Below are positions 34,469-36,865 of a DNA stretch of 36,865 bases, piece after piece (the first letter of the stretch is position 1; every line of letters starts with the position of its first letter). The notes below the pieces were generated by a model. That model was not told where the DNA came from and searched no databases. It was given only the letters and a program-made list of their open reading frames with translations. Origin of the DNA: Candidatus Aminicenantes bacterium (GTDB taxonomy: Bacteria > Acidobacteriota > Aminicenantia > Aminicenantales > Saccharicenantaceae); contig JBBIRN010000001.1 in the NCBI GenBank assembly GCA_037441785.1, forward strand, positions 1 through 36,865. The letters are read 5' to 3'. A program made the translations under genes and the position numbers.

Positions 34469-36106
34469 ATGATAGGCCTTACCGGAAAAGATTTTGATAT
34501 CATTCTGGTGAGCGGCGACCCCTACGCTGACCACCCCCTGTCGCCGGTTGGCGTCATTGCCCGCGTTCTGGAGGCAAAGGGTTATAAGGTTGGCATCATA
34601 GAACGGCCAGACTGGACCTCGGACCAGGATTTTCTCAAACTCGGAAGCCCGCGCCTTTTTTTCGGCGTGACCTCCGGTTCAATAGACAGTTGCCTGGCTA
34701 ATTACACGCCGCTTCTCCGCCGCCGGGAGAAAGATGAATATGCGCCGTATTCATCGGGGAAGCCTGACCGGGCTGTAATCGTCTATTGCAACAAGATCAA
34801 GCAATTATTCCACGGTATTCCGATAGTAATAGGTGGAATTGAGGCCTCGCTGCGGCGCTTTGCTCATTACGACTACTGGGAAAACCGGGTCCGGCGCTCT
34901 ATTCTCCTTGATTCCCGGGCTGATATCCTGGTCTACGGCCCCGGCGAACTCCAGGCCATAGAGATCGCCAGCCGCCTGGCTGCTGGCCAGGACCTTATCG
35001 GTATACCGGGCACAGCCATCATCAGCCGTGAACTGCCGCCCGGTTTTGAGGAAGTCCCGTCTTACGAAGAAGTGTCTTTAGACCCGGAAAAATTTCTTCA
35101 AGCCCAGCGCCTGCTGGCCAACTACAAAAGCCTGGCGCAGAAACATGCTAACCGCTATGTGCTGCAGTACCCGGCTCCCGAGTATACACCGGAAATCCTG
35201 GACTGGATTTATGGCCTGCCTTTTACCCGCAGCATCCCGCCTGATTACCCGGAGCTGGAAATGGGAAAATTTTCCATCGTTACCCACCGCGGCTGTATCG
35301 GGCGCTGTTCCTTCTGCTCCCTTTCCCTGCATCAGGGAGACCGCCTTGTTTCCAGGAGCGAGGAATCCATTCTGGAGGAAATACGTCGCCTGACGCGCCA
35401 TCCTGACTTTAAGGGCTACATAGATGATTTGGGTGGTCCCACAGCCAATATGTATGGCATGGATTGCCACCGCTGCCAGCAGGGGTTCTGCCTGACCTGC
35501 AAGAAGCTTGACCGTTCTCACCGACGACTGATAAACCTCCTGCGAAGGGCCCGGCAAATTCCAGGGGTAAAGAAAATCTTTGTCCGCAGCGGCATCCGCT
35601 ATGACCTGGCCCTGAGCAGCCCTGAGTATGTGAAAGAACTGGTAGAGCACCACGTTTCCGGTCTGCTGAAAATTGCCCCGGAACATGTTTCGCCGAAGGT
35701 TCTGCGACTGATGAACAAAAGTGAGGTTCCCGTGGAAGAATTCCGCCGGCTCTTCCTCAAATTAACCGGCAACCGCAAGCAGCATCTTAAATATTACTTC
35801 ATGGTGGCCCACCCCGGCACCACCATGAAGGAAGCTGAAGAACTGGCCGCCTACATCAAGAAGCTTGAGGCGGAAGGCGAAAAGCCGGTGGAAGGCGTTC
35901 AGATTTTTACTCCCACGCCTATGACGCGCTCAACCTGCATGTACTACACGGGCCGCGACCCGGAAACAGGTCAGCCGGTCTACGTTCCGCGCACCTTTGA
36001 AGAAAAGAAAGCCCAGAAACGACTTCTCTACCAATCTCAGGGTGCAGCTTCAAAGTTTCCAACGCAGACTCAGCCGAAGAAAAAGCCCCCTAAACCCCAC
36101 CGATAA
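34469..36106 (+). CDS. ygiQ: YgiQ-family radical SAM protein (UPF0313)
   Basis: Start placed at ATG 34469 (ORF track starts at 34403, overlapping cstA). Blocks shared with E. coli YgiQ: DIILVSGDPYADHP, RPDW, LFFGVTSGSIDS, GGIEASLRRFAHYDYW, CIGRCSFC (CX3CX2C), DLGGPTANMY, LKIAPEH. Confidence 0.85.
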   Translation: MIGLTGKDFDIILVSGDPYADHPLSPVGVIARVLEAKGYKVGIIERPDWTSDQDFLKLGSPRLFFGVTSGSIDSCLANYTPLLRRREKDEYAPYSSGKPDRAVIVYCNKIKQLFHGIPIVIGGIEASLRRFAHYDYWENRVRRSILLDSRADILVYGPGELQAIEIASRLAAGQDLIGIPGTAIISRELPPGFEEVPSYEEVSLDPEKFLQAQRLLANYKSLAQKHANRYVLQYPAPEYTPEILDWIYGLPFTRSIPPDYPELEMGKFSIVTHRGCIGRCSFCSLSLHQGDRLVSRSEESILEEIRRLTRHPDFKGYIDDLGGPTANMYGMDCHRCQQGFCLTCKKLDRSHRRLINLLRRARQIPGVKKIFVRSGIRYDLALSSPEYVKELVEHHVSGLLKIAPEHVSPKVLRLMNKSEVPVEEFRRLFLKLTGNRKQHLKYYFMVAHPGTTMKEAEELAAYIKKLEAEGEKPVEGVQIFTPTPMTRSTCMYYTGRDPETGQPVYVPRTFEEKKAQKRLLYQSQGAASKFPTQTQPKKKPPKPHR

Positions 36107-36234
36107 AAACTGTGGTTAAAAAATGCCCGCCTTGTGGAGCTGAACTTGATTTATAAGTAAGACGAAGCCCGGGGGAAAATTTAAGAGAGAATTTTCCGTT
36201 CCAGGAGGCCGCAGTTTCGCTACTTTTTATGAGC

Positions 36235-36840
36235 CTAAATCATATCTGAAGTGATTAATTTGCCGCCGCGCCTGAGAAGCTGTTCTTTGGCTTCTTTAAA
36301 TCCCTCCTGGCTCAGGGCCCTGGTAGCATCTTCAAGGTAATAAGTTTCAAAGCCCAGCTCTATGGCATCAAGCGCGGTGTAAAGAACGCAGAACTCAGCC
36401 GCCAGGCCGCAGACATAAACCTGTTTGACGCCGCGACCTTTGAGATAATCGCCTAGCCCGGTTGATTTTTTCCGGCCGTTGTCAAAAAAGCCGGAATAGC
36501 TGTCAATTTCCGGGTTGGTGCCTTTCCTGAAAATAGCTTCCACCCGGCGGTCATCATACCCTTTGACGAACATCGCTCCTTTCTCACCCTGAATACAGTG
36601 GTCTGGCCAGAGAATCTGTTCCACTTCGCCGAGCAAAACAGTGTCATAAACATTTTTCCCCGGATGGTTGGAGGCAAAACTCAGGTGATTCCGGGGGTGC
36701 CAGTCCTGGGTGGCCACCACCAGTTCAAAATTTTCCTGCAGCTGATTTATGAGCGGGACGATTTCGTGTCCTTTAGGGACCGCCAGGCTTCCACCCGGCA
36801 CAAAATCATTCTGAAGGTCAACCACGATTAAGGCCTTCAT
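36235..36840 (-). CDS. pncA: Nicotinamidase / pyrazinamidase (isochorismatase family)
   Basis: GGAGGG RBS. MKALIVVDLQNDFVPGGSLAV opening, WPDHC metal site and the VCGLAAEFCV catalytic-Cys block. Confidence 0.85.
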   Translation of the reverse strand: MKALIVVDLQNDFVPGGSLAVPKGHEIVPLINQLQENFELVVATQDWHPRNHLSFASNHPGKNVYDTVLLGEVEQILWPDHCIQGEKGAMFVKGYDDRRVEAIFRKGTNPEIDSYSGFFDNGRKKSTGLGDYLKGRGVKQVYVCGLAAEFCVLYTALDAIELGFETYYLEDATRALSQEGFKEAKEQLLRRGGKLITSDMI

Positions 36841-36865
36841 GGTTACCCTCCTTTACCCTCCTTCA

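Overview
36.9-kb, mostly plus-strand chromosomal window from an unidentified diderm bacterium, judged from the OMP, LolA-like and TlpA-like envelope genes and a sigma54-type activator. I recognised no rRNA, tRNA, CRISPR array, transposase or known defence genes. Gene order: (1) a small secreted twin-CX6C peptide, an NHL six-bladed propeller and a TlpA-like redoxin whose frame carries two in-frame TGA codons; (2) a Mut7-C RNase; (3) a Big_2/DUF5050 secreted protein; (4) a GH116 (GBA2-like) glucosidase; (5) a ferritin-like protein; (6) a TetR, MMPL/RND, LolA-like (in-frame TAA) and putative OMP module with palindromic operators; (7) a histidine kinase and an NtrC-type activator; (8) a GC-rich esterase-GH106 fusion; (9) a glucosylglycerate-type compatible-solute cluster (GT, HAD phosphatase, GpgS-like GT81); (10) an overlapping GT21 + GT28-like pair; (11) ECF sigma, anti-sigma and DUF4097; (12) CstA, YgiQ and PncA. 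The main unexplained signal is a non-coding repeat family. It has three co-oriented 522-605-bp copies (14792-15396, 22226-22771, 26771-27292) plus a solo arm at 4719-4760. Each full copy starts at the base after a TAA stop codon. Each has iterated GAAAATGGGGAC units on the left, the same units inverted on the right, and a 299-bp core that is 98-100% identical between copies. It looks like a MITE-like element with multi-site ends and/or a structured RNA or promoter module. I could not match it to any family from memory. The second notable signal is three in-frame stop codons inside two otherwise intact envelope genes. All coordinates and mismatch counts were made by eye, without alignment or folding tools.
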